A stretch of DNA of 35,796 bases, taken from IMG/VR virus record IMGVR_UViG_3300043414_001159, positions 1 to 35,796 of that record; one strand, written 5' to 3'. Each line of letters begins with the position of its first letter. Within the stretch, counting starts at the first letter, position 1. The notes below the pieces were generated by a model that made no database searches, was not told where the DNA came from, and was given only the letters and a program-made list of their open reading frames with translations. Shown piece after piece: positions 1 through 7,162 of this stretch. This DNA is from a virus. Taxonomy: Duplodnaviria > Caudoviricetes. The translations under genes were made by a program, and so were the position numbers.

Positions 1-583
1 TTTCACCAATAAATTTTGTACTTATATTCAGAAAAGATTCATTAAATAATAGTTTAAGTGCTCCATTAATAATTTCTTCAATTTTAATTTCATTAACCCT
101 TTTAGGAGATTCATTTGGATTGAAACTTGGAGACCAATTTTTAGGTGTTAAACAAATTTGATTATTATTCTTCCAAAATGGTCCGGCAATTTCTGGAGAA
201 GATATACTATATAAAGCAATTAATGGAATTTCAAATGCGCTACACATGTGAATAGCAAAACTATCATTTCCGATATGTAATTTTGAATTATTTAGTATAA
301 ATGCTGTTTGATTAATATCTGTACTACCTTGCAAATTAATAACTTTATTTAATGAACTATCTGTTTTTGAACCAATTTGAATTATTTTATAGCCATTTTT
401 TTCTAAAATAGGGAATAAAAAATCAATAACATCTTGAAAATAATCATAACATTTTCCACTCATTCCACTACTATTTTGAACAGTAATATATTTTTCATAT
501 GGTACTGGAAAGTATTTTTTAATAATAAATGGTTTTGTAATTTTACTACCAGTATTTAGAGCGTATTTTTCTAATAAGTGCAT
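1..583 (-). CDS. GT9 (heptosyltransferase-like) glycosyltransferase, C-terminal-domain-only protein; runs off window start
   Basis: Not in the ORF track. Hand translation from the ATG at 583: MHLLEKYALNTGSK...YKIIQIGS...INLQGSTDINQTAFILNNSKLHIGNDSFAIHMCSAFEIPLIALYS, matching the GT9 C-terminal motif (IGNDSG.mHlA.A.g.P.ialf). Overlaps the stop of the upstream ORF. Confidence 0.8.
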   Translation of the reverse strand, partial: MHLLEKYALNTGSKITKPFIIKKYFPVPYEKYITVQNSSGMSGKCYDYFQDVIDFLFPILEKNGYKIIQIGSKTDSSLNKVINLQGSTDINQTAFILNNSKLHIGNDSFAIHMCSAFEIPLIALYSISSPEIAGPFWKNNNQICLTPKNWSPSFNPNESPKRVNEIKIEEIINGALKLLFNESFLNISTKFIGE

Positions 584-2502
584 AAATTTAAATCAATTTT
601 ATCTTCGCCATTGTGCATATAACTTAAAAGCCGTTGGGTAGAAAAATATGGATGATATACTATATTACAAATACCTTCTTGACCCATCCCACCTTCCATT
701 AATATAGCTGAATCCATTACTTCATGATAAGGAATCCATTTATCTATATAAGGATTTCCATCTATAATTTCTTTATATTCCGGTTTTGTGGCTATATATA
801 TTTTATATTCATTTGATGGATATCTATTTCTTAATGACTCAAATAATGCTGTAACTAAAAAAACATCTCCGATACTTTCGGGCTGTATTAATAATACTCT
901 TTTAATATTTTCATCTTTATCAAATAAATCTTTTAATTGTATTTTTGTATTTTTTTGTATTTCTTGCCGAGCGGTTTGTTTAAAAAAGTTTTCAATTTCT
1001 TGTTTTGGCATATTTTGTTCAATTTTTGTTAGCCAATGTTGTAATCCCTCGTCATTATCACTTATTTCCATGTCTAATATATTTTTATATAAAGACTTAA
1101 GCCACTCTTTATTATTATTATTATTTTCTACAATAGCATCTGGATTTGGATTTTTTTGATTTAATTCGTAAGAACAATTAAAATCTTCTTCATCTAAAAG
1201 AGGGGTCGAATCAATAAATTCTTCAATTTTTGTCCCATTAATATCAATTGAATAATTTTTTAAAGCCCATTCTCGAGAATCTTTTTGCATTTTTTGTTTT
1301 GTCAATGGATTCATTTCATAAACTTTCTTAAAAATTTTTGAAAGTTCAAACGGCGATGGTTGAGATTTTAAAAATTGCGTTCCATGTTCAGTATAGAAAG
1401 TAAATTTGATTGGTATACTTCCCTTGTTATTTTCTATAATATCCTCTCCAAATGAATATGGCGAAACTGTAATTATTTTTTCTGTTAAAGCTGCTTCTAC
1501 ACATGGTAACTCACAAGCTCCAGATGTTGCTGGATGAGAGTATAATGAAAATATATTATATATTTCGTTTAACTGTTCATCATTTACACCATTCGTTACA
1601 TTTGCAGTAATTAACGTTTTTCTTTTAGTAATTGGATTTTCTAAATCTTGACCATGAAACGGAGCAATAAAATATTTACCAGTTTCTTTACAAATATACG
1701 TACATAAAATTTCTCTAGGATCTACACCGTATTGTTGGCAAAGTCTATGTATGTCCCATCCTTCACCGTAATGCGTATGTGTATATAAAAATGTATTTTT
1801 AATTTGTGGGTTATGTTTTTTAAATAAACTATACGCTTCTATTTGGGTATTGATTAATTTTCTTAATTGATTTCTAAAAACAAATCCGATAATAAATGAA
1901 TTTTCAGGTATACCAAAACGTGCTTTAATTTCTGATATTTTACTATCTTCAAGTTTATAAAAATTTTTAGTATTAACTAGCGGATATTGATTTTTAACAT
2001 GAAAAAAATTATGTTTATGTAATTCTTTTCTTGCAAAATCGCTCCATGTCCAATAATTTTTTATAACTGGAGCTTTTTGGAGTGTATCTGGTAGTAATGG
2101 TAATGAATCAAAAGTATTCCAACAAACTATTGGAATTTTTTTAGAAAATGGAAAATCTATAACAAATTGTGATCCCCAGGTATCATTAATAGCAAAAATT
2201 ATATCGGGTTTAAAATCTTTAACTATGTTAGCAATTTCTAATTGTCCATATGCGGCTACTCTAGCAAGATTCGGATCTTGATTAATTTGTTGAATTTTAG
2301 ATGGATCTGTTGGTAAAACTCCTACAGTTTTCCATGGAAATTTATGTTCATGCGCGCCATGTTTTAATACTCCTTGTGCAGCATTTAATATTTCATATTT
2401 ATTTGTTTTATATAAAAATGTTAATAATAATTTACACTGTTTACCAAAACCCGTATATGCTCCGGCATAATCTGTCAAAAATAAAAGTCTTTTTTTACGC
2501 AT
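571..2502 (-). CDS. GT4-type glycosyltransferase fused to a DUF4214-like helical module and a GT9 N-terminal domain
   Basis: N-terminal TGFGK; FVFRNQLRK; HPATSGACELPCVEAA (GT4 ExxxxxxxE-like); LYKNILDMEISDNDEGLQHWL (DUF4214-like); C-terminal RVLLIQPESIGDVFLVTALFESLRNRYP...IDGNPYID (GT9 N-terminus). Confidence 0.8.
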   Translation of the reverse strand: MRKKRLLFLTDYAGAYTGFGKQCKLLLTFLYKTNKYEILNAAQGVLKHGAHEHKFPWKTVGVLPTDPSKIQQINQDPNLARVAAYGQLEIANIVKDFKPDIIFAINDTWGSQFVIDFPFSKKIPIVCWNTFDSLPLLPDTLQKAPVIKNYWTWSDFARKELHKHNFFHVKNQYPLVNTKNFYKLEDSKISEIKARFGIPENSFIIGFVFRNQLRKLINTQIEAYSLFKKHNPQIKNTFLYTHTHYGEGWDIHRLCQQYGVDPREILCTYICKETGKYFIAPFHGQDLENPITKRKTLITANVTNGVNDEQLNEIYNIFSLYSHPATSGACELPCVEAALTEKIITVSPYSFGEDIIENNKGSIPIKFTFYTEHGTQFLKSQPSPFELSKIFKKVYEMNPLTKQKMQKDSREWALKNYSIDINGTKIEEFIDSTPLLDEEDFNCSYELNQKNPNPDAIVENNNNNKEWLKSLYKNILDMEISDNDEGLQHWLTKIEQNMPKQEIENFFKQTARQEIQKNTKIQLKDLFDKDENIKRVLLIQPESIGDVFLVTALFESLRNRYPSNEYKIYIATKPEYKEIIDGNPYIDKWIPYHEVMDSAILMEGGMGQEGICNIVYHPYFSTQRLLSYMHNGEDKIDLNLCTY

Positions 2503-2512
2503 ATAAAATGTA

Positions 2513-2947
2513 TTATAAATACATTTGTTGTAAAGTCAATTTTAAATATTCTTGAAGACGAAGGGTTTCCGCAAAATTTAATGCAATACCAATGCCTCCC
2601 AATTTAATTAAATAGCCAATATGAGATTCATCTTTAATAAATGGTTCTATAAAAATAGGTGTTTTTCCAGCATGTACTGTTGACCATTTTTTAGAACCGT
2701 TCGATTGCAAAACAAGTAAAGTTTCAGCAATATCATTTTCACTTAATTTAATTATTTTATGTTTTTCTGGATTCTTTACATTTTCTTTAAATGTTCCATT
2801 ATTAGTTTGATTATTCCATCCGTGCTGTTTAATGATATTTATATAGAACCCATTTTTCTTTTGATCTTCTTGTTCCTGAGTCAATCCGAATGTTATCCAA
2901 GACCCTGTAACAGATTTTGTTGGTTTACAAAATTCTAATTTTTTCAT
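2513..2947 (-). CDS. Hypothetical protein, possibly Whirly-like ssDNA-binding protein
   Basis: 144 aa; repeated beta-beta-beta-beta-helix-like pattern; IIKLSENDIAETLLVL and GIALNFAETLRLQEYL resemble the two Whirly helices. Confidence 0.45.
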   Translation of the reverse strand: MKKLEFCKPTKSVTGSWITFGLTQEQEDQKKNGFYINIIKQHGWNNQTNNGTFKENVKNPEKHKIIKLSENDIAETLLVLQSNGSKKWSTVHAGKTPIFIEPFIKDESHIGYLIKLGGIGIALNFAETLRLQEYLKLTLQQMYL

Positions 2948-2953
2948 AATTAA

Positions 2954-3352
2954 TTATATAGCTTTTTTTAAAACATATCTAAGAATAAAATCAAGAATAC
3001 GCAATATTATAAATACTAAACCAATATATAATAGATTACCATAAATTATACAAATAATAAAAGAAATCCAAATAGATAAACATGTAATACACGAGAATAA
3101 TTTAAGAAAAAATTTGATTTTGAATGAGTTTGTTAAAGATCTTTTTACATATAAATATTCTATATAGCTATCAAAAAATAAATTAGGATTTTTATTTTTA
3201 AAAAAATCTTCAATTAAAAGACCATCGTATATATTTCTAGGTATTAAGAATTTAAATATCTTAAGATAGTAAGCAAAAAAATCAGAATAAAACCATATAT
3301 GTATTATTAACGATCCAAAACAACAGAGTAAAAATAAGAATAAGCTTGACAT
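2954..3352 (-). CDS. Membrane protein with CxxC (DUF1360-like)
   Basis: Three hydrophobic segments; LFSCITCLSIW motif. Confidence 0.55.
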   Translation of the reverse strand: MSSLFLFLLCCFGSLIIHIWFYSDFFAYYLKIFKFLIPRNIYDGLLIEDFFKNKNPNLFFDSYIEYLYVKRSLTNSFKIKFFLKLFSCITCLSIWISFIICIIYGNLLYIGLVFIILRILDFILRYVLKKAI

Positions 3353-3373
3353 CAGTGTAAAAAATAGTAAGAT
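3346..3373 (+). promoter_or_regulatory. sigma70-type promoter facing the non-coding repeat
   Basis: TTGACA(3346-3351)-16 nt-TAAGAT(3368-3373); closely resembles the promoter at 4074-4102. Confidence 0.5.
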
Positions 3374-3389
3374 AAGGGAACAATTCTAA

Positions 3390-3433
3390 TTCGAATACTC
3401 GCTCTGCTCGTCTTCGATTTGCTCGCTTTGCTC
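3390..3433. repeat. GC-rich imperfect direct repeat (2 copies, about 20 bp)
   Basis: TTCGAAT-ACTCGCTCTGCTC (3390-3409) vs TTCGATTTGCTCGCTTTGCTC (3413-3433) in a very AT-rich intergenic region. Confidence 0.75.
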
Positions 3434-3438
3434 ACAAA

Positions 3439-3467
3439 ATTATATATCTTCTTTTTAAAAGAATCAA
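3439..3467 (-). promoter_or_regulatory. sigma70-type promoter for the leftward operon
   Basis: On the minus strand TTGATT(3467-3462)-17 nt-TATAAT(3444-3439). Confidence 0.65.
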
Positions 3468-3474
3468 AAAAAGA

Positions 3475-3503
3475 TTGACATTATATTTAATATATGTTAG
3501 CAT
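3475..3503 (+). promoter_or_regulatory. sigma70-type promoter, leaderless to the sigma-like gene
   Basis: TTGACA-17 nt-TAGCAT; ATG 6 nt after the -10 box. Confidence 0.7.
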
Positions 3504-3509
3504 TTAAGA

Positions 3510-4088
3510 ATGGTAGCTAAAAAATCTATTAAAGACGAGCAGTTAATATCTAAAGTCTTAAACAAGAGTTGTAATCAGAGCTTAGAAGAATTATTAAATC
3601 GTCATGGGGGCATGTTTTTTAGTATAGGAAAAAAATATTGTACGTCTTGTAATCTTAATTTAAATGATTTAAATGATAATAAATATTGGATAATGTTTAA
3701 TGCAGCTAAATCGTTTGATTCTAAAAAGGGTAGTAAATTTTCCACATGGCTTGGGAATCAAATTCGTTTTTTTTGTTTAAATTTTAAAAATAAAAATCAA
3801 AAATTAATTCCGACTGAAGATAGCAGTATAGAATATTTTATGAATAATCTTATTGCCAAAGAAAATCATTTAAATAAAAAAGAAGTAATTAACACTATTA
3901 TAGATTTATTTGAGGAGATATCAGATCCAAATACTAAAGATGCTATCTATTATAGATATTTTTATAATAAAGATCGTATTTTAAACTATTCAGAAATAGC
4001 AAATATTCTAAATGTTACACCTCAAACAGTTCTTAATTGGCACAATAAATTTATAAATTTTGCTAAAAAAAAATTGACATCAATATAA
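3510..4088 (+). CDS. Phage sigma70-family RNA polymerase sigma factor-like protein
   Basis: Region 2 motif AAKSFDSKKGSKFSTWLGNQIR; region 4 HTH YSEIANILNVTPQTVLNW. Confidence 0.85.
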   Translation: MVAKKSIKDEQLISKVLNKSCNQSLEELLNRHGGMFFSIGKKYCTSCNLNLNDLNDNKYWIMFNAAKSFDSKKGSKFSTWLGNQIRFFCLNFKNKNQKLIPTEDSSIEYFMNNLIAKENHLNKKEVINTIIDLFEEISDPNTKDAIYYRYFYNKDRILNYSEIANILNVTPQTVLNWHNKFINFAKKKLTSI

Positions 4089-4102
4089 ATAAATGATAAG
4101 AT
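4074..4102 (+). promoter_or_regulatory. sigma70-type promoter
   Basis: TTGACA-17 nt-TAAGAT; ATG 9 nt downstream. Confidence 0.7.
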
Positions 4103-4111
4103 ATAAAAACT

Positions 4112-4420
4112 ATGGAAAACCAAAATGAAAAAACTAAACTCCAAGAAGCTGGCGCTTTTTGGATTAAAAAATCAAAAGCTGGCAACTCTTTTTTAACTGG
4201 CACTGTCAAGTCCCAGTCTGGAGAAGTAATTAAAGTGATTGTGTTTAAGAATCAATATAAAACTGAAGGATCTAATCAACCAGACTATCGTGTTTATTTT
4301 GATACTAGTGTAGCCCCAGGTTCTGAATCTAAGAACCCATCTCCAGATGTAGAGAAAAGTAATAAGAATACCAGTACAAAATCTGTAGCTGCGCCTCAAA
4401 CTGAAGAAATCCCATTTTAA
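4112..4420 (+). CDS. DUF736-like small protein, probable ssDNA-binding protein with SSB-type tail
   Basis: GAFWIKKSKAGNSFLTG...FKN...NQPDYRVY, then a low-complexity linker ending in EEIPF (SSB-Ct-like). Confidence 0.7.
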   Translation: MENQNEKTKLQEAGAFWIKKSKAGNSFLTGTVKSQSGEVIKVIVFKNQYKTEGSNQPDYRVYFDTSVAPGSESKNPSPDVEKSNKNTSTKSVAAPQTEEIPF

Positions 4421-4423
4421 TTT

Positions 4424-5515
4424 GTGCAAAAATTAGCTTTTAATTTACCATTAAATTCTACTTCTTTAGGTCAAGTATCGCTCTCAATCTTAAGAGAGCT
4501 TTATAATAAAAAGTTAGAAATTAATCTATTCCCCATCGGGGGAGTAGATATTTCTTCTCAATCTGAAGATCCGGAATTTTTTAAATGGATTAATAATTCT
4601 ATTTCTCAATCAGTTAAGACTCATAGTAGAAAAAATCCAATATTTAAATTATGGCATCTGAATGGAAGTTTAGAATCTTTTTCTGATAATCAAGTACTAT
4701 TGTCTTTCTACGAAGTAGACTCCCCAACAAATACTGAAATTAATATTATTAAAAATAATAGTAAAGTTTTATTTTCAAATAATTATTCTGTAAATACCTT
4801 TAAAACTTTCGGAAGTCATAATGTTGATTATTTACCATTAGCTTTTGATTCAAATCATTTTAAGAATTTAGGAAATAAACCTAAAAAAGAAGGAATTCAA
4901 TTTGGTCTTTTTGGCAAATTGGAACCACAACGTAAAAGACATTTAAAAATAATTACAAATTGGGCTAAAAAATATGGTAATAAACATGGTTATTTTTTAA
5001 ATTGTGCTATTTTTAATCATTTTTTAGATGTAAACGTACAAAGCCAAATTTTAAATCAAGCTTTAAATGGTCAAACGTATTGGAATATAAATTTTTTGCC
5101 CTATATGCAATCAAATCTTGCTTATAATGATTTACTTAATAATACAGATATAGTTTTAGCTATGAGCGGCGGAGAAGGCTGGGGTCTTCCAGAGTTTCAA
5201 TCGGTAGCCCTTGGAAAACATGCTATTGTTTTAAATTCTCATGGATATAAAGAATGGGCTAATGAAAATAATTCTGTTTTAATAAATCCAAATGGTAAAA
5301 TACCATGTTATGATAACATTTTCTTTCATCAAGGCGCTGATTTTAATCAAGGCAATATTTTTGATTGGAATGACGAAGACTTTTTAAATGGTCTAGATAT
5401 AGTAGAGTCTAAATTCAAATTAAATAATATTAATACAGAGGGTTTAAAATTACAAAATGAGTTTACATATACAAAAATGGTAGATTCTATTCTAAATTAT
5501 TTAACTAAATTATAA
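4424..5515 (+). CDS. GT4 (GT-B) glycosyltransferase
   Basis: GKLEPQRKRH; SGGEGWGLPEFQSVALGK motif; GTG start. Confidence 0.85.
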   Translation: MQKLAFNLPLNSTSLGQVSLSILRELYNKKLEINLFPIGGVDISSQSEDPEFFKWINNSISQSVKTHSRKNPIFKLWHLNGSLESFSDNQVLLSFYEVDSPTNTEINIIKNNSKVLFSNNYSVNTFKTFGSHNVDYLPLAFDSNHFKNLGNKPKKEGIQFGLFGKLEPQRKRHLKIITNWAKKYGNKHGYFLNCAIFNHFLDVNVQSQILNQALNGQTYWNINFLPYMQSNLAYNDLLNNTDIVLAMSGGEGWGLPEFQSVALGKHAIVLNSHGYKEWANENNSVLINPNGKIPCYDNIFFHQGADFNQGNIFDWNDEDFLNGLDIVESKFKLNNINTEGLKLQNEFTYTKMVDSILNYLTKL

Positions 5516-5517
5516 AT

Positions 5518-5652
5518 ATGGAAAATATAAAAAATATTGGTGAAAAAATAAAATTTAAAGATGGTACTGAATATTCAAGAATGCCGAATGGAGAACTTAG
5601 AAGAATGTCTCCTAGAGCATATCAAATTAGAAAATATAATAAAAAAAAATAA
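5518..5652 (+). CDS. Small basic hypothetical protein (44 aa)
   Basis: Not in the ORF track. MENIKNIGEKIKFKDGTEYSRMPNGELRRMSPRAYQIRKYNKKK fills the gap between two genes with 2-3 nt spacers. Confidence 0.65.
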   Translation: MENIKNIGEKIKFKDGTEYSRMPNGELRRMSPRAYQIRKYNKKK

Positions 5653-5655
5653 AAT

Positions 5656-6738
5656 ATGTTAGCAATTAGTACATACGCAACAAAATCTTATTTTTATATA
5701 TGGCCTCAATTCTTGAGAAGAATTAGTGCCGCCGCAGCACATCATGCAGAAGCTTATTTTATTTTAGCTACAGATAATAGTAAAGAATCAAAAAATGCTT
5801 TTGAATTAGCAAAAAAAGAACTTCCAGAAGGTTGGAAATTAGTTTGTTTAAATCTTGATGTTGAAGAGCATGAACTTAAATATAAAGAAGATTCACAGAT
5901 TTTAATAGCAAAATTACAAAATGCCGCATTTAGTTTTGCTAGAAAAATAAGGGTAGATTTTTTATGGAGTGTTGAATCTGATATGCTTGTTTCAGAAGAA
6001 TCTCTTAAAATAAGTGAATGGGTTTTACAAATGCCAGATCTACATAATAAGCAATATTATGATGTTGCTGCATGTACATATCCGAATTTATTATTTTTGG
6101 GCGGATTTGGTAGTCCAGAATCTCAAATAGCAAATGATTTTTCTTATGAAGAAAGGATTATTCCATCGAGATTTAAAATGGTTTACGAAAAAAGGCAAGA
6201 AATTTTTAAAAAATTAAAAAAAGATGAGTCAAAAATTTTAAAAAATAAAATTTTAACTAAAGATCATCAAAAAGAATTAAAAGATCTAAATCTTAAATTA
6301 AAAAAAATTGAAGAGAAGTTACGAAAATTAAGTTCTAAAATCTCAGATTTCCCTCCAGATGGTAATATTTGGGATATAACTGCAAAATATGGATGGAAAC
6401 GACGTGGATGGTTTGATTTTGCCTATCCTGGAATAGGTCGTGGAAGTATTGTACCAAGTGATTGGTGTGGATTAGGTTGTACTTTAATGAGTAAAAAAGC
6501 ATTATCTCTATCAGAATTTAGTGGTTATAATGGAAAAGGAACTCAAGATTTATTTTTATGTTGGGACAAATGGTACCCGAAAGATATCCGTATTGCATGT
6601 ATACCCCATTGTCCTTGTGATCATGTTAAAGTAGATAAAATAGAAAAGAAAATTATACATCATAAATCATTCTATGAAACGACTGGTGAGTTTAAAAATC
6701 ATTTAAGGTTAAAATCAGAAGAATGGATTCCAACATAA
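5656..6738 (+). CDS. GT-A fold glycosyltransferase-like protein with a Lys/Glu coiled-coil insertion
   Basis: LWSVESDML (DxD-like), CGLGCTLMSKKAL, TQDLFLCW, CDHV; central K/E-rich helix of about 60 aa. Confidence 0.6.
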   Translation: MLAISTYATKSYFYIWPQFLRRISAAAAHHAEAYFILATDNSKESKNAFELAKKELPEGWKLVCLNLDVEEHELKYKEDSQILIAKLQNAAFSFARKIRVDFLWSVESDMLVSEESLKISEWVLQMPDLHNKQYYDVAACTYPNLLFLGGFGSPESQIANDFSYEERIIPSRFKMVYEKRQEIFKKLKKDESKILKNKILTKDHQKELKDLNLKLKKIEEKLRKLSSKISDFPPDGNIWDITAKYGWKRRGWFDFAYPGIGRGSIVPSDWCGLGCTLMSKKALSLSEFSGYNGKGTQDLFLCWDKWYPKDIRIACIPHCPCDHVKVDKIEKKIIHHKSFYETTGEFKNHLRLKSEEWIPT

Positions 6739-6741
6739 TTT

Positions 6742-7086
6742 ATGCCATATTATTTATTTAGTAATCCAGAAACTGGAGATATACAGGAAATATTTTTTCA
6801 TATGAATGATGAAAAGGTCTACATTGATAATAACGGTATTAAATGGACTCGAGAATTCGTTGTACCGCAGGCTAGTATTGATACAAATATAGATCCATAT
6901 TCAAAACGCGCTTTTATGGACAAAACAAATAAAGCTGGTACTTTTGGCGAAATGATGGATATTTCTAAAGATTTAAGTGAAAAACGTGGCGGTTCAAAAA
7001 ATGATCCAATAAAAAAGGACTACGTTACAGATTGGAAGAAAAAAAGAAATTTACCGAATAAAAATGGGTATACACCTTCTTTTTAA
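6742..7086 (+). CDS. FmdB-like (zinc-ribbon-derived, Cys-less) phage protein
   Basis: N-terminus MPYYLFSNPETGDIQEIFFHM resembles FmdB MPxYxYxCxxCG...E with the cysteines absent. Confidence 0.5.
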   Translation: MPYYLFSNPETGDIQEIFFHMNDEKVYIDNNGIKWTREFVVPQASIDTNIDPYSKRAFMDKTNKAGTFGEMMDISKDLSEKRGGSKNDPIKKDYVTDWKKKRNLPNKNGYTPSF

Positions 7087-7142
7087 GAATCTTTTTTTTT
7101 ATTTTAACAATTTGTTTATTTTTGCGATCTAATTCAAAACGT

Positions 7143-7147
7143 TGTAA
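7143..7147 (+). promoter_or_regulatory. Candidate phage-specific promoter motif TGTAA
   Basis: TGTAA 15 nt before the RNR ATG; the same motif precedes genes at 19741, 30408 and 35231(-). Confidence 0.35.
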
Positions 7148-7162
7148 ATTTATATCCATAAT

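Noticed and set aside
788-2555. Plus-strand ORFs 788..1159 and 2301..2555
   Set aside because: Antisense shadows of the well-supported GT4/GT9 gene, with no motifs.
3390-3433. Repeat as a mini CRISPR array or tRNA fragment
   Set aside because: Only two nearly adjacent imperfect copies, no spacer, no cloverleaf.
3371-3478. Plus-strand stop-free hydrophobic frame (ILIRILALLVFDLLALLTKLYIFFL) resembling a type I toxin
   Set aside because: No ATG/GTG start before the hydrophobic stretch; hydrophobicity follows from the T/C-rich repeat.
7077-7105. Possible intrinsic terminator (TTCTT-TTT-AAGAA followed by a T run)
   Set aside because: The stem is 5 bp and almost all A-T, too weak to call.
7087-7162. 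Cobalamin riboswitch upstream of nrdJ
   Set aside because: Gap too short and AT-rich; no B12-box.
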